Assembly: GCA_030637025.1 (NCBI GenBank) | Contig: DAOVVV010000014.1 | Location: forward strand, 1 to 59,416 | DNA: 59,416 nt | Direction: 5' to 3' | DNA from: Clostridia bacterium | GTDB taxonomy: Bacteria; CBDUZB01; JAGLHV01 | Part shown: positions 1 through 9,703 of the stretch, piece by piece | How positions within the stretch are numbered: the first letter of the stretch is position 1 | Layout of the letters: each line of letters begins with the position of its first letter | Program-made: the position numbers and the translations under genes | Notes under the pieces: model-generated | What the model saw: the letters and a program-made list of their open reading frames with translations, nothing else | Database searches by the model: none | Told to the model about the DNA's origin: nothing

Positions 1-755
1 CCTGCATTTTTCTTTAAAACATCAATTGCTTCCTTACGGGAAAAAGGAACACAAAAAGAACATTGAGAGGTCAAACCATCAAACGTCTCTGCTATGGCAA
101 TCATTCTTGCCCCAAGCGGAATTTCCTCCCCTTTCAATCCACAGGGATAACCGGTACCATCAAATCGTTCATGATGTGATAAAATCAAGGGAGCTGTTTC
201 GTTTAATGCTTCTATTTCTTTAACAATACTTTCTCCGATTTCCGGATGTTGCTTAATTTTATCAAATTCTGATTCGGTTAATTCTTCCGATTTGTTTAAA
301 ATGTTTTCATCAATTTCTATTTTACCAATATCATGTAAAAGAGCAGCTAATTCTACCTTTCTTGCTTCATCAGAGGAAAGGCCTACTTTTTCCGCCATAA
401 AATTAACATGCCTGGCTACCCTTTTAGAATGGGCCCAGGGAAAAATTTGTTTTTTATCAAGAACCTGAAGTAAAGCACTTAGGGCAATAAAATAAACTTT
501 TTGCCTTTCATCAAGTACTTCTTCCGTAAGTCCCTTTTTTTCTTCCTTTATCTTTTCCTCCTCCAATCCTTTCATCAAAACTTCTAATTGACTGAGAAGT
601 TCCGACTCCAAAATACGATGATGTCCACCAGGGGTCTTAAATGTTTTAAGTTTTCCCTGATAAATATAATTTTTAATAGTTTGCACACTCACTTTAAGTA
701 ATTCCGCTACTTCTTTAGTTGTTAAAACCTTTCCCCCTTCAGAAAAGTCTGCCAT
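1..755 (-). CDS. Excisionase/MerR-like HTH fused to an HD-GYP phosphohydrolase domain; runs off the left edge (not in the ORF track)
   Basis: Manual translation from ATG 755 (SD GGAGG): MADFSEGGKVLTTKEVAELLKVSVQTIKNYIYQGKLKTFKTPGGHHRI... then AHSKRVA, LHDIGK, HHERFDGTGYP. Confidence 0.85.
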   Translation of the reverse strand, partial: MADFSEGGKVLTTKEVAELLKVSVQTIKNYIYQGKLKTFKTPGGHHRILESELLSQLEVLMKGLEEEKIKEEKKGLTEEVLDERQKVYFIALSALLQVLDKKQIFPWAHSKRVARHVNFMAEKVGLSSDEARKVELAALLHDIGKIEIDENILNKSEELTESEFDKIKQHPEIGESIVKEIEALNETAPLILSHHERFDGTGYPCGLKGEEIPLGARMIAIAETFDGLTSQCSFCVPFSRKEAIDVLKKNA

Positions 756-782
756 ACTTCCTCCATACTTAATAATTTAACA

Positions 783-912
783 AGAGTTCTGCAAAATACA
801 ATATTCTGTCATTCCGCACTTGATGCGGAATCTATAATGTTTTTAAATATCAATAGATTCCTGCTTTCGCAGGAATGACAATCAAGGTAAAAAGGCTATT
901 TTGCAGAAGTCT
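783..912. mobile_element. MITE-like element carrying two palindromes; second copy at 33968-34121
   Basis: TIR AGAGTTCTGCAAAATA / TATTTTGCAGAAGTCT; 12-bp direct repeat TAATAATTTAAC at 770-781 and 913-924; internal GTCATTCCGC..GCGGAATC and GATTCCTGCTTTCGCAGGAATGAC. Confidence 0.75.
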
Positions 913-1024
913 TAATAATTTAACCATAAAAAAAGCGACATTAATTATCTGCACAAACAAAAAATTAATATCACTTTTTATATCAACAAACTTCCACCTA
1001 ATGAAAAACCCATCACCTTTTTGT

Positions 1025-1053
1025 ATCCTAACATATTAATTTTCACTGGTCAA
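1025..1053 (-). promoter_or_regulatory. Putative sigma70 promoter for the HTH/HD-GYP gene
   Basis: TTGACC-17 nt-TAGGAT with extended -10 TG. Confidence 0.5.
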
Positions 1054-1183
1054 GTCTTTTTTTGATTTCAGCAAATTGTAAAATGTTTGGTCTATTTGGC
1101 TTAATAAAGAGGTAAGTTATTTTTTCCGGAAGGAATTTAATAGAAAGGTAAAACTATTCAACCAAGATTTTTTTCCAAATCAT

Positions 1184-1230
1184 TAACCAATTAAACAAAT
1201 TAAACCAATAAAACTAATTAACTGTCTTTT
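1184..1230. repeat. 9-mer tandem module (AAACCAATT family)
   Basis: TAACCAATTAAACAAATTAAACCAATAAAACTAATTAACTGTCTTT; relatives at 42708-42755, 43938-44200, 57514-57620. Confidence 0.75.
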
Positions 1231-1231
1231 T

Positions 1232-3184
1232 TTATTTAATAATCGAAAACTTACCATATTTTTTCGCTCCCTGTTCATTGGTAACCAAATAAACATAGAC
1301 CCCACTAACTACCCCTTCTCCCTGACTATTCTTCACATTCCATTCTACTGCGGAATTATTCCCTATTTCTTCTTTAGTTATCTTTTTTACTAATTCCCCG
1401 GATACTGTATATATTTTAATTTCCGGATTACCACGAAGATTAATAAACTTTATTGTACTATCTCCTTTACTGGGTTTAAACGGATTAGGAAAAACCTTGA
1501 CATTGGAAAGACTACTTGCCAAAAAAAGATAATCTTCCGCCCATTCATAAGCTCCAATATCATATCTGGAAGCTGGATTTGGAGTTCTTAAAACCCCATC
1601 AAAATCTCTACTAACAATACTACTTACAGCAAAAGTTCCTCTATCCCGAGCAGGACTTTCATCTTTAAGACGAAAATCATTCCTTTCTGAATCAACAAAT
1701 AAAGGATCTTCAGTGATAACATTAGTTGCCCAGGAAGGAGGAGAATCATTGCCATACCACACATCATAATTAGAAGTTCGCGTACCTATATATTCATTAT
1801 CACTATAATAAGCTGTTCCGCCTAAAGAATATATTATATTATTTTTCATTGTTATATTTACGAATTTTTTAAAATTTATCATTGATAACGATCCGAAACT
1901 ATAAACTGTATTATTATAGAATAATATATTTGGAGTTCCCTCCTTTTGAATGGTAAAATAAACAGGGCTTCTACTAAAAGCTGACCCGCAATTGTAAATA
2001 ATATTATTGTATATTCTAATATCTTCTACTCTTGAACTTATGTGAATACCTGAACATTCTAAAGAATAACACAAATTATTGTGGATATTTATTTCATCAG
2101 CGTATTTTTTCGGAACAGTTACATCTGTATCTCTGGGATGAATATAAATACCTGAAACATCAGGCCCTAAATCGTGAAATTCATTCCATCCTATATCGTA
2201 ATATTCAATGTTTTGCACACATTCATAAGTCCCAGCATAAATACCATGGTCATATTTATCATGTCCCCAATCATAAATATGACAACCAAAAATATCAAAA
2301 TGACTGACACAATCTGTCTTTATAGCTCCTGTTCTACATTCACCTAATGGATATTTTTTTTGTCCATCAATTTCTAATGCGATTATTCTATAATGGCCTA
2401 CATTACTCCTATCTATAACAATACCTGCTTTACACGCTAAAATTTTCAATTTTGCTATTACTGTATATCCTGTATTAGAATAATTATTTCTTATAGCTGC
2501 TCCTCCTGCAGTAGGAATAGCATCAAGTATAGGCATTTCTGAAGGATACCCAACAAAACCAGTATACCTGTTTACCGACCCATTGAAACCAGGATATAAA
2601 TATAAAATCGCTCCATATAAATCATGTTCATCATATATCCCGCTTCTAATATAAACTATATCCCCACCGCTGATCTGCCGTCTGGCATAAGCAATTGTCT
2701 CCCACGAACCATTATTTCCAATTCTAAAAGAACCATATCGTCCATTATTCTCATTATTTCCATCAGATTTAGCAACAAAATAAATATTGCCGTCTCTTAC
2801 AGTAAAAGGCAAACTATTGGAACTAATTCCATTAACTGTCACTTTTATAATGCCCGTCCCATCACTACAATCACTATTTAACCAAAAAGTTATTCTTTCC
2901 AAATCTACTGCATTACCTGCTGTCTCTCCCCATTCCGCATAATCTGAATTCTGCCTTAAATCCGTTCCGCAAACTGTAACATAATTGGCAGCTCTTATAG
3001 AACCAAAATTCCTTCCCCAAATAGTAACAGCACAACCCTTTGTAGGGCTTTCTTCCCACCCTGTTTTAGGCCCATCCACCAAATCAGAAAAACAAAGAAC
3101 CGGTACAGGGGTAGCCGCAAAAACAACCAAGCTTCTAACAATCACCAATAATAATGTAAAAACTATTAACTTCTTCATCATCAC
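1232..3184 (-). CDS. Secreted parallel beta-helix (pectin-lyase-like) protein with T9SS-like C-terminal domain
   Basis: Signal peptide; repeated IYNNIIYN/FYNNTVY/MKNNII; DPLFVD..DFRL..SPARDRG..DIGAYE; CTD NVKVFPNPFKP..IKIYTVSGELVK..W..SGVYVY. Confidence 0.8.
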   Translation of the reverse strand: MMMKKLIVFTLLLVIVRSLVVFAATPVPVLCFSDLVDGPKTGWEESPTKGCAVTIWGRNFGSIRAANYVTVCGTDLRQNSDYAEWGETAGNAVDLERITFWLNSDCSDGTGIIKVTVNGISSNSLPFTVRDGNIYFVAKSDGNNENNGRYGSFRIGNNGSWETIAYARRQISGGDIVYIRSGIYDEHDLYGAILYLYPGFNGSVNRYTGFVGYPSEMPILDAIPTAGGAAIRNNYSNTGYTVIAKLKILACKAGIVIDRSNVGHYRIIALEIDGQKKYPLGECRTGAIKTDCVSHFDIFGCHIYDWGHDKYDHGIYAGTYECVQNIEYYDIGWNEFHDLGPDVSGIYIHPRDTDVTVPKKYADEINIHNNLCYSLECSGIHISSRVEDIRIYNNIIYNCGSAFSRSPVYFTIQKEGTPNILFYNNTVYSFGSLSMINFKKFVNITMKNNIIYSLGGTAYYSDNEYIGTRTSNYDVWYGNDSPPSWATNVITEDPLFVDSERNDFRLKDESPARDRGTFAVSSIVSRDFDGVLRTPNPASRYDIGAYEWAEDYLFLASSLSNVKVFPNPFKPSKGDSTIKFINLRGNPEIKIYTVSGELVKKITKEEIGNNSAVEWNVKNSQGEGVVSGVYVYLVTNEQGAKKYGKFSIIK

Positions 3185-3217
3185 ACCTCCATTTTCTTGA
3201 TTAAGAAAATGTCTAAT

Positions 3218-3868
3218 TTAAATTAAATATTTATTTAGTTCCGGATTTATTTCCCTAATAAATTGCTTTAATATTTTTAAACTTTTATCTGGGCTCTGCT
3301 CAATAACAGCAGAAACTTTTACTAATGCACCTGCATTGCTTTTTGCCATTAATTTATTTTTCATCATTTGCCAACGTAAAGTTGTATAACTATTCGTTTG
3401 TAAACTTCCTATTTTAAAATAGTAAAGAACAAGTTTATCCTCTCTAGGACTTGTTGTTATAAATTTGGTAGCAAAAAAACTTTGTTGTTCATCTATTTCT
3501 ACTTTTTCTTTTTTTCTACTTGTAAGTCGCGAACCTTTCCCGGTTAAACAACTTTCCGGCAAATGGAAGGCTACTCGACTATCTTTGTAATAAACAATGG
3601 ACAAAAAAACTTTTTCTTCCTTAGAATTAATATATCTTCTAATTAGCACCTCTTCTGTCTCTAATATATTTTTAGTTTCATCATCTACTGAAATATATTC
3701 TCCCTTCCAGTCTCCAACATTCAAAGGTATTTTAGCAGATATGTTTACATTAGTTTTTTCTATATAAGGTCTACTCTGTACCCATAAAATAATACCTGCA
3801 AAAAAAACAAATATACCTATTAGAATAATATACCTTTTTTGAAATTTTTGCATCGTGATTTTTGTCAC
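3218..3868 (-). CDS. epsI: EpsI family exosortase-associated protein
   Basis: N-terminal TM, IPLNVGDWKG, FHLPESCLTGKG, VLYYF; directly downstream of the exosortase. Confidence 0.85.
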   Translation of the reverse strand: MTKITMQKFQKRYIILIGIFVFFAGIILWVQSRPYIEKTNVNISAKIPLNVGDWKGEYISVDDETKNILETEEVLIRRYINSKEEKVFLSIVYYKDSRVAFHLPESCLTGKGSRLTSRKKEKVEIDEQQSFFATKFITTSPREDKLVLYYFKIGSLQTNSYTTLRWQMMKNKLMAKSNAGALVKVSAVIEQSPDKSLKILKQFIREINPELNKYLI

Positions 3869-3869
3869 T

Positions 3870-4133
3870 CTCTTTCTTTGTCCCCTTTTTTATTTCTTTA
3901 CTCTGTGTCTTTTTCTTTTGTCTTTGTTTTGAATTTCGGATTTAATATTCGTTTTTTATTTCTTTAATTCATAACTTATAACTATTAACTCATAACTGTA
4001 GTTTCTGTCTATGGACTATGGACTGTCGACTATGGACTAAATCTGTTTTTGTTTTTAACTCATAACTAATAACTTATAACTTTCTGTTATTTGTTGCCTT
4101 TATCTATGGACTATCGACTGTGGACTATGGACT
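3870..4133. repeat. Mosaic intergenic repeat block (AGTCCAT and AGTTATA/G heptamer modules); includes one arm of a 117-bp inverted repeat
   Basis: 3951-4067 is the exact reverse complement of 22531-22647; heptamer modules at 4007-4039 and 4103-4133. Confidence 0.9.
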
Positions 4134-4967
4134 TTTGTTTGTCTTTCCCTTTCCCTCCAACTTCCCCCAACACAACCATAAACTAACAAAGGCAATAACA
4201 AATACTAAATATCCTGTGAAATCATGAAAAAGACCTTTGGTCATTTGACTCCCATAAATAAATACACCTAAAGATAATATAATTACTCGAATAATATTAG
4301 ACATTAAGGCAATCGGTATAGCTAAAGAAAAAAGTATAATTTTTTTGAACATAGTTGTTTTTGTTAAATAAGCAAAAATACTTCCCAAAGCCAACATTGA
4401 AATAAGGGAACGCAAACCACTGCAAGGATTTCCCACAACCAGACTGGCATTGGGAAAGAATATTTGAAACCCTTCATTCTTCATTGGTAATTTCATAAAT
4501 GTCTGTAAGATAAATACCGCACTCTTGGTAGCAAACATCTTCATCGGAAAACTGATGGCATTAATTGCTACTTTAGGAATAGGAATCATAAAAATCAAAA
4601 AAGCTAAAGGAAATAAAATTTTCTTAGTAATTTCCTTCCCATATAAAAACAAACTAATTCCAAAAACCAAAGACAAAATAGAAAAACCGCTTACAAAAAA
4701 TACTTCGGCTAACACACCCAACAGATGTATGAGTAGAGAAAAAATTATTAATCCTACTCCCCATAAATCATTTTTCTTGTTGATATTTTTTAATTGCTTT
4801 TTCCCAAGGAAAATTAAATATCCGGTAACAAAGGGAATCAAAAATCCATGCGAATAATAAGAGTCAGCGGCTACATATCTCTCGTAAAGCCAAACAAAAG
4901 TAGAACGATAAATTAATCCTATAAAAAATAACATCAACCCTAATTGAATAAATGTGTTTTTTTTCAT
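4125..4967 (-). CDS. xrt: Exosortase (EpsH-type transpeptidase)
   Basis: Multi-TM; YYSHGFLIP; catalytic Cys in NPCSGLRSL, Arg in NIIR, His in FHDFTG. Confidence 0.9.
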   Translation of the reverse strand: MKKNTFIQLGLMLFFIGLIYRSTFVWLYERYVAADSYYSHGFLIPFVTGYLIFLGKKQLKNINKKNDLWGVGLIIFSLLIHLLGVLAEVFFVSGFSILSLVFGISLFLYGKEITKKILFPLAFLIFMIPIPKVAINAISFPMKMFATKSAVFILQTFMKLPMKNEGFQIFFPNASLVVGNPCSGLRSLISMLALGSIFAYLTKTTMFKKIILFSLAIPIALMSNIIRVIILSLGVFIYGSQMTKGLFHDFTGYLVFVIAFVSLWLCWGKLEGKGKTNKSP

Positions 4968-4982
4968 CTATCTCCTCTCTAC

Positions 4983-5078
4983 AAAACAGTCACAAATAGT
5001 CATATACTCACTTCGTTCGTGTCACATATTGTCACACACTACCATCCTGTATAACTATGTTTGACTACTTACAACTAT
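4983..5078. repeat. Empty copy of the inverted AGTCA/TGACT arms that flank the four-helix-bundle gene at 11775-12146
   Basis: 4983-5036 resembles 11711-11765; 5041-5078 resembles 12180-12235. Confidence 0.8.
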
Positions 5079-5199
5079 TTTTTAACATTCCTTGACCTCT
5101 GTAAACCATTCCCCACAGGAAATACTATTTTCTCACCAATTTCCAAACTATTTTTTTATCTTACCCGCATGTTCTACAAATTTTTTCATAAAAAATACG

Positions 5200-6186
5200 C
5201 TAATTTTCCATATTTTCATTAATTTTAAGAGTCATATACCATTCTACCATTCGTTTAAATCCATCGGTCAAATCAATTTTCGGTTTAAAACCCAACTCCC
5301 TAATTTTATCAGAGGTGTGGTGTGTATCAGTATTAAATTTTTTCATTCTTTTAGCCGTAATAGGAAAATTATACCCGGTTACCTTAGCCAATATATCAAA
5401 TATATAGCCCATACTTAATGCCACCCCTAAAGGAATCCTAACCTTAGGGATATTTCTGGATAAATATTGGGCAATGATTTCTGCTATCCGGGTTGAGGTC
5501 ATCTGGGGATAATCTGAATAATTATAAATCTCCAGGCCTGATTTTAAATTTTCTAATAAAAAAATAGTGGCCTCTACTAAATTTTCCACATAACCAACTG
5601 ATTTAAGGTTTTCACCTTTTCCTACAAAGAGAAATCTTTTTTTGTAAATATTATTAATTAGATTAAACATATTAGCGTAGTTATACGGGCCAAAAACTAC
5701 GGTGGGGCGTAAAATAACCGCCTGACGGGAAGAATCTTCTTTAACCCAATTATAAACTACTTTTTCCGCGGCTAATTTAGATGCCCCATAATCATTAACC
5801 GGGGAAGGAGAAGTCTCCTCGGTACTAGGAATATTTTGTTCCCCATAAACAGCTACGGTACTATAAAAAATAAATTTCTTAATACCCAATTGGGACGCAC
5901 AACGAAGAATATTTGCTGTTCCTTCTTCATTAACGCGAAAAAATTCACTACGGGAAATACCAAAATCATGATGTTTTGCCGCTAAATTTATTATCACTTC
6001 TGCTCCATCTGCGGCTTTAAGAACATCCTGATAATTTAAAATGTCTCCTATAATAAAATGCCCCAATTCTTCTCTGGGGCCATAAGGATTAATATCTAAT
6101 CCTACAAGCTCGTATCCTTGGTCAATTAATTTCCGATTAAGAAAACCACCAATAAACCCGGCATTACCGGTGACTAAAATTTTCAT
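5200..6186 (-). CDS. NAD-dependent epimerase/dehydratase
   Basis: ILVTGNAGFIG, YSTVAVYG, YGASK. Confidence 0.9.
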   Translation of the reverse strand: MKILVTGNAGFIGGFLNRKLIDQGYELVGLDINPYGPREELGHFIIGDILNYQDVLKAADGAEVIINLAAKHHDFGISRSEFFRVNEEGTANILRCASQLGIKKFIFYSTVAVYGEQNIPSTEETSPSPVNDYGASKLAAEKVVYNWVKEDSSRQAVILRPTVVFGPYNYANMFNLINNIYKKRFLFVGKGENLKSVGYVENLVEATIFLLENLKSGLEIYNYSDYPQMTSTRIAEIIAQYLSRNIPKVRIPLGVALSMGYIFDILAKVTGYNFPITAKRMKKFNTDTHHTSDKIRELGFKPKIDLTDGFKRMVEWYMTLKINENMEN

Positions 6187-6218
6187 TCTTACCTCTTCAA
6201 GATAATTCTACCATATTT

Positions 6219-6306
6219 TTACAAATTTTTCCTCTCTTTTTTAATAAATATTTTCCAAAATTTATAATACAGCTTGTATGGAATCATTTTTTGAAATTGC
6301 TTTTTT
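6219..6306 (-). pseudogene. Relic 3' end of a second polysaccharide deacetylase allele
   Basis: Reads KQFQKMIPYKLYYKFWKIFIKKERKNL*, versus KQFLKQVIPYKIYYKLWEMFNKKEKEDL* at the end of 6542-7333. Confidence 0.75.
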
Positions 6307-6330
6307 TATAAAATATGTCTTTCCTGCGAA

Positions 6331-6471
6331 CAAACTGTGTCATAACTGCCGTTTTTGGCTTTGTCATTCCCGAAATCTTTTATCGGGAATCCATTTTCCG
6401 ACGATAATATTTTACTGGATCTCCGGGTCAAGCCCGAAGATGACAGAAAAAAGCAATTGTGACACAGTCTG
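6331..6471. mobile_element. MITE-like element inserted in the loop of a CCTGCGAAAGCAGG palindrome
   Basis: TIR CAAACTGTGTCATAA / TTGTGACACAGTCTG; GAA duplicated at 6328-6330 and 6472-6474; two internal hairpins; lone right end near 34835-34849. Confidence 0.75.
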
Positions 6472-6541
6472 GAAAGCAGGAATCCATAACCTTCAATACT
6501 TTTTTATCCTTTTCAGGATATTATAAAAAACTAATTATATC

Positions 6542-7333
6542 TTATAAATCTTCTTTCTCCTTCTTATTGAACATCTCCCAGAGTTTATAATATATTTTAT
6601 ACGGAATTACTTGTTTCAAAAACTGTTTTATCATAAACTTTATCAGTTGTCTATAATAAAAATATTTTCCCCCGGAAACTATTTCCTGAAAATATTCTAT
6701 ATCGATATTATTAAAAATAGGTATCCGTCCAAACTCTACGATTTCGTCCCCTTCACTAACAAAATTAATCCCGGGTTTAGAAGTAAAAAAATAACGATAC
6801 CCACATTCTTCCAATAATGCTTTTATCTCTTTAGGCTTCTCTCCCCGGGGCAAAGATAAGGCCAGAGGATTTTCACCTGTTTCTCTGACAATAATATCTT
6901 TTGATGATAACAATTCCTGCCTGATTTCTTCTTCACTTAACCGGGTCAATAAATTATGACTTTTAGTGTGCGATTGAATAGAAAATCCTTTTTCTTTCAA
7001 CCCCTGTATTTGAACCCAGGTCATATATCCCTTATTTCCGATATAATCAGTAGTAATAAAGTGAATACTTTTTAAACCATATTTTTGTAATATTGGCAAA
7101 GCAACTATATAATCAGTATCAAACCCATCATCAAAAGTAACCATAACCGGTTTTATATCCCCGGATAATCCTTTAGCTAATTCATTTATGGTTACCGCTG
7201 TATATCCCTGTTTTTTTAGATATTCCATCTGCAGTATAAATGTTTCCTTCGTTACTACATAGCGGTTACGGCTTACATTGTTTTCTGCAATTTCATGATA
7301 CATTAATACCGGAATTATCATCCCCTGCTCCAA
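6542..7333 (-). CDS. Polysaccharide deacetylase (CE4, PgaB/IcaB-like)
   Basis: PVLMYHEI, VTFDDG, QSHTKSH. Confidence 0.9.
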   Translation of the reverse strand: MEQGMIIPVLMYHEIAENNVSRNRYVVTKETFILQMEYLKKQGYTAVTINELAKGLSGDIKPVMVTFDDGFDTDYIVALPILQKYGLKSIHFITTDYIGNKGYMTWVQIQGLKEKGFSIQSHTKSHNLLTRLSEEEIRQELLSSKDIIVRETGENPLALSLPRGEKPKEIKALLEECGYRYFFTSKPGINFVSEGDEIVEFGRIPIFNNIDIEYFQEIVSGGKYFYYRQLIKFMIKQFLKQVIPYKIYYKLWEMFNKKEKEDL

Positions 7334-8268
7334 TTACGAACATCTATCAAACAAATAGCTCTGGCAATGCCAAAAACAAAAAACAATAATGTAAGCGGTA
7401 TTATATATCTAATCCTTTTTTTTTCAAAATTAACCTTCATTGCCCAGATAAAAGAGACGATAAACATTGTTACTACTGCCAACACCATCAATTTAATCTT
7501 CACTAATAAAATCGAAAGACAAAAAACAAAAATACAAAGTAAAAAAAACAACGGCAAACTTAAACTTTTAAAATATTTTTTTTTATTTTTTGATTTAAAA
7601 AACACCCGCAAAACATCTTTACCATACCATAATTGTTTTTTAAAAAAAGTTATTAATGTTTCAGCAAAACCTAAATGATATGAACCTATAGCTTTATTGG
7701 ATACTATTTTATATCCTTTATCCTTGATTCTATAGCAAATATCCGAATCTTCACATACATTTAACTGTTCATCAAACCCTCCGACAGCATCAAAAGATTC
7801 CTTTTTAATTATTAAATTACCACTTTGAATCCATTCTACTTCGCATCGATCTTTTCTGGTTTTTTTATTAAATTCCCAAGCTCTGGAAACCCAGGACCCT
7901 TTACCGTACAGCTTATAATTAGAACCTGTAGCTCCTACTTGTTTATCACTCAATTCTCTCAATGCTTCTTGTAACCATTCTTTTGCTACCACACAATCTG
8001 CATCCACAAAGGCAAAAATATTCCCCTGTGCTATTGTCACCCCAAAATTTCTCAATCCTGCAATATTAATATCAGTCTTTATAAAAACTCTCACCTCTAA
8101 ATCTTTAGCTGCTTCAACAGTTTTATCGGTAGACCCGTTATCTACTACAATTATTTCATAATCACATCCACTGCTGTCTACTTTTTGAATGGATTCGACA
8201 CACCTTTTAATATTTGATTCCTCATTCAATGCAGGAATAATGATTGAGACAAAAGGAATATCACTCAT
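7318..8268 (-). CDS. Glycosyltransferase family 2
   Basis: SIIIPALNEE, VVDNGSTD, FVDAD, GGFDE..EDSD; C-terminal TMs. Confidence 0.9.
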   Translation of the reverse strand: MSDIPFVSIIIPALNEESNIKRCVESIQKVDSSGCDYEIIVVDNGSTDKTVEAAKDLEVRVFIKTDINIAGLRNFGVTIAQGNIFAFVDADCVVAKEWLQEALRELSDKQVGATGSNYKLYGKGSWVSRAWEFNKKTRKDRCEVEWIQSGNLIIKKESFDAVGGFDEQLNVCEDSDICYRIKDKGYKIVSNKAIGSYHLGFAETLITFFKKQLWYGKDVLRVFFKSKNKKKYFKSLSLPLFFLLCIFVFCLSILLVKIKLMVLAVVTMFIVSFIWAMKVNFEKKRIRYIIPLTLLFFVFGIARAICLIDVRNWSRG

Positions 8269-8290
8269 AAAAAAATTCCTTTATCAATAG

Positions 8291-9436
8291 CTATCTTTCC
8301 GGTTTCCATATCATCTCCTCTTTCCCTACTAAAAACCGTATAATACCAAACAATATCCCCAGATTAGTAACGCAAAAATAGAAGGGAATATAAAAAAGTC
8401 TACTTTTTCTTTGCATCCTTTGCAATATATATCCAATTAAAGCAAAAGAATAAAATATCACTTGCATCAAAGCAATAATTTTATAAATCTGAGCATTGTT
8501 TAACAATAAAATATTGGCAAACACAATAAACAGCAAAAAAACAGGCACTGTCAAACGTAATATCTTATGAGAAAATAATTCCAGAGAAAATATCCCATAT
8601 TTAAAAAAATTAAACAATGTTTTCATATAAAATAAACCCTTAATATTTCTTAGAGCAATGCGTGCTCTTTTTGATAATTCGTTTTTATTTTTACTTACCG
8701 TCTCTTCTACACACACTGCTTCTGTTTCATAAACACAGTAATATCCTTGTTTTTTAACCATCAAGGGTGAAATAAAATCATCAGCCAGTTCTTTGGAAGG
8801 AAATTTATAAAGTTCCTTTCTTATTGCATAAATGGCTCCTGAAACCGCCATAAGATTTCCTAACCTGCTTTCTTTTCTTCTCAACATTACTTCATACCGC
8901 CAATACAATCCTTCTCCCTCTCCCACCATAGAATTTTTAGGATTAATATACCTTAAAAAACCACCCACACACCCTACCCGTGAATCATTGAAATTTCGCA
9001 CTAATTTCTTAATTACATCTTTATTATACATTCCCGTGGCATCAGAAAAAACAAGCATATCTCCCCGTGTTAACTTCATTGCTTCATTTCTACAGGCTGT
9101 CTTACCCAAACGTTTTGAGAAAACACATAGTTTTACACCCTGTAAAGCAAATTTTTGAACAATCTCATTAGTTTTATCGGTAGAGCCATCAGAGACAACA
9201 ATAATTTCTAATTTATCCTTTGGATAATCTAAAGCTAAACTATTCTTTATTTTTTCTTCAATTGCTTTTTCCTCATTGTAGGCAGCAATCACTAAGCTTA
9301 CATTAGGGATAATCTCCCCTTTTTTAATTGTTTTTGACATAAAGATAGTCAATATAATCAAAAGCAAAGGATAACCAAAATATGTATAAAAAACACCCAC
9401 TATTAAAAACCAAAAAAGGAATTCAGCTATATTCAT
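8291..9436 (-). CDS. Glycosyltransferase family 2 (membrane-bound)
   Basis: VIAAYNEE, VSDGSTD, VSGAIYAIRKELY, LADDF. Confidence 0.9.
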   Translation of the reverse strand: MNIAEFLFWFLIVGVFYTYFGYPLLLIILTIFMSKTIKKGEIIPNVSLVIAAYNEEKAIEEKIKNSLALDYPKDKLEIIVVSDGSTDKTNEIVQKFALQGVKLCVFSKRLGKTACRNEAMKLTRGDMLVFSDATGMYNKDVIKKLVRNFNDSRVGCVGGFLRYINPKNSMVGEGEGLYWRYEVMLRRKESRLGNLMAVSGAIYAIRKELYKFPSKELADDFISPLMVKKQGYYCVYETEAVCVEETVSKNKNELSKRARIALRNIKGLFYMKTLFNFFKYGIFSLELFSHKILRLTVPVFLLFIVFANILLLNNAQIYKIIALMQVIFYSFALIGYILQRMQRKSRLFYIPFYFCVTNLGILFGIIRFLVGKEEMIWKPER

Positions 9437-9512
9437 ATTACTCTAATCCTTCATCTTTCATTATTTGCAATCTTTTATCTTTTATCTCTTGTCTTCCTGC
9501 CCTCACAAACGG

Positions 9513-9607
9513 CATCATAAATAGTCATATACGCACTTCTTTCCCATCATACCTTGTCATAAACTATGTTTGACTATTTTTTGACTATTGTCTGACTACT
9601 TATGACT
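9513..9607. repeat. Second empty copy of the AGTCA/TGACT inverted arms
   Basis: 9562-9607 matches 12190-12235 at 43/46 nt; left arm ATAGTCATATAC...TTGTCATA directly abuts it. Confidence 0.85.
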
Positions 9608-9625
9608 ATTATTGGTTTTATTCAC

Positions 9626-9663
9626 TATATATTTTTATATACTTCTCTGCCATTTTTTTTGAA
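9626..9663 (-). repeat. 38-bp exact duplicate of the 3' end of the GT4 gene (10476-10513)
   Basis: TATATATTTTTATATACTTCTCTGCCATTTTTTTTGAA at both sites; this copy reads SKKMAEKYIKIYSE*. Confidence 0.9.
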
Positions 9664-9703
9664 AATTAACTTTTTAATCTTTTTCTTAAATTTTTCAATT
9701 ACA

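Noticed and set aside
5079-5199. Possible further gene relic downstream of the epimerase
   Set aside because: Only weak AT-rich similarity to 6190-6235; no convincing peptide alignment
6278-6526. 82-aa plus-strand ORF (likewise 29374-29565)
   Set aside because: Runs through palindromic elements; no SD or recognisable motif
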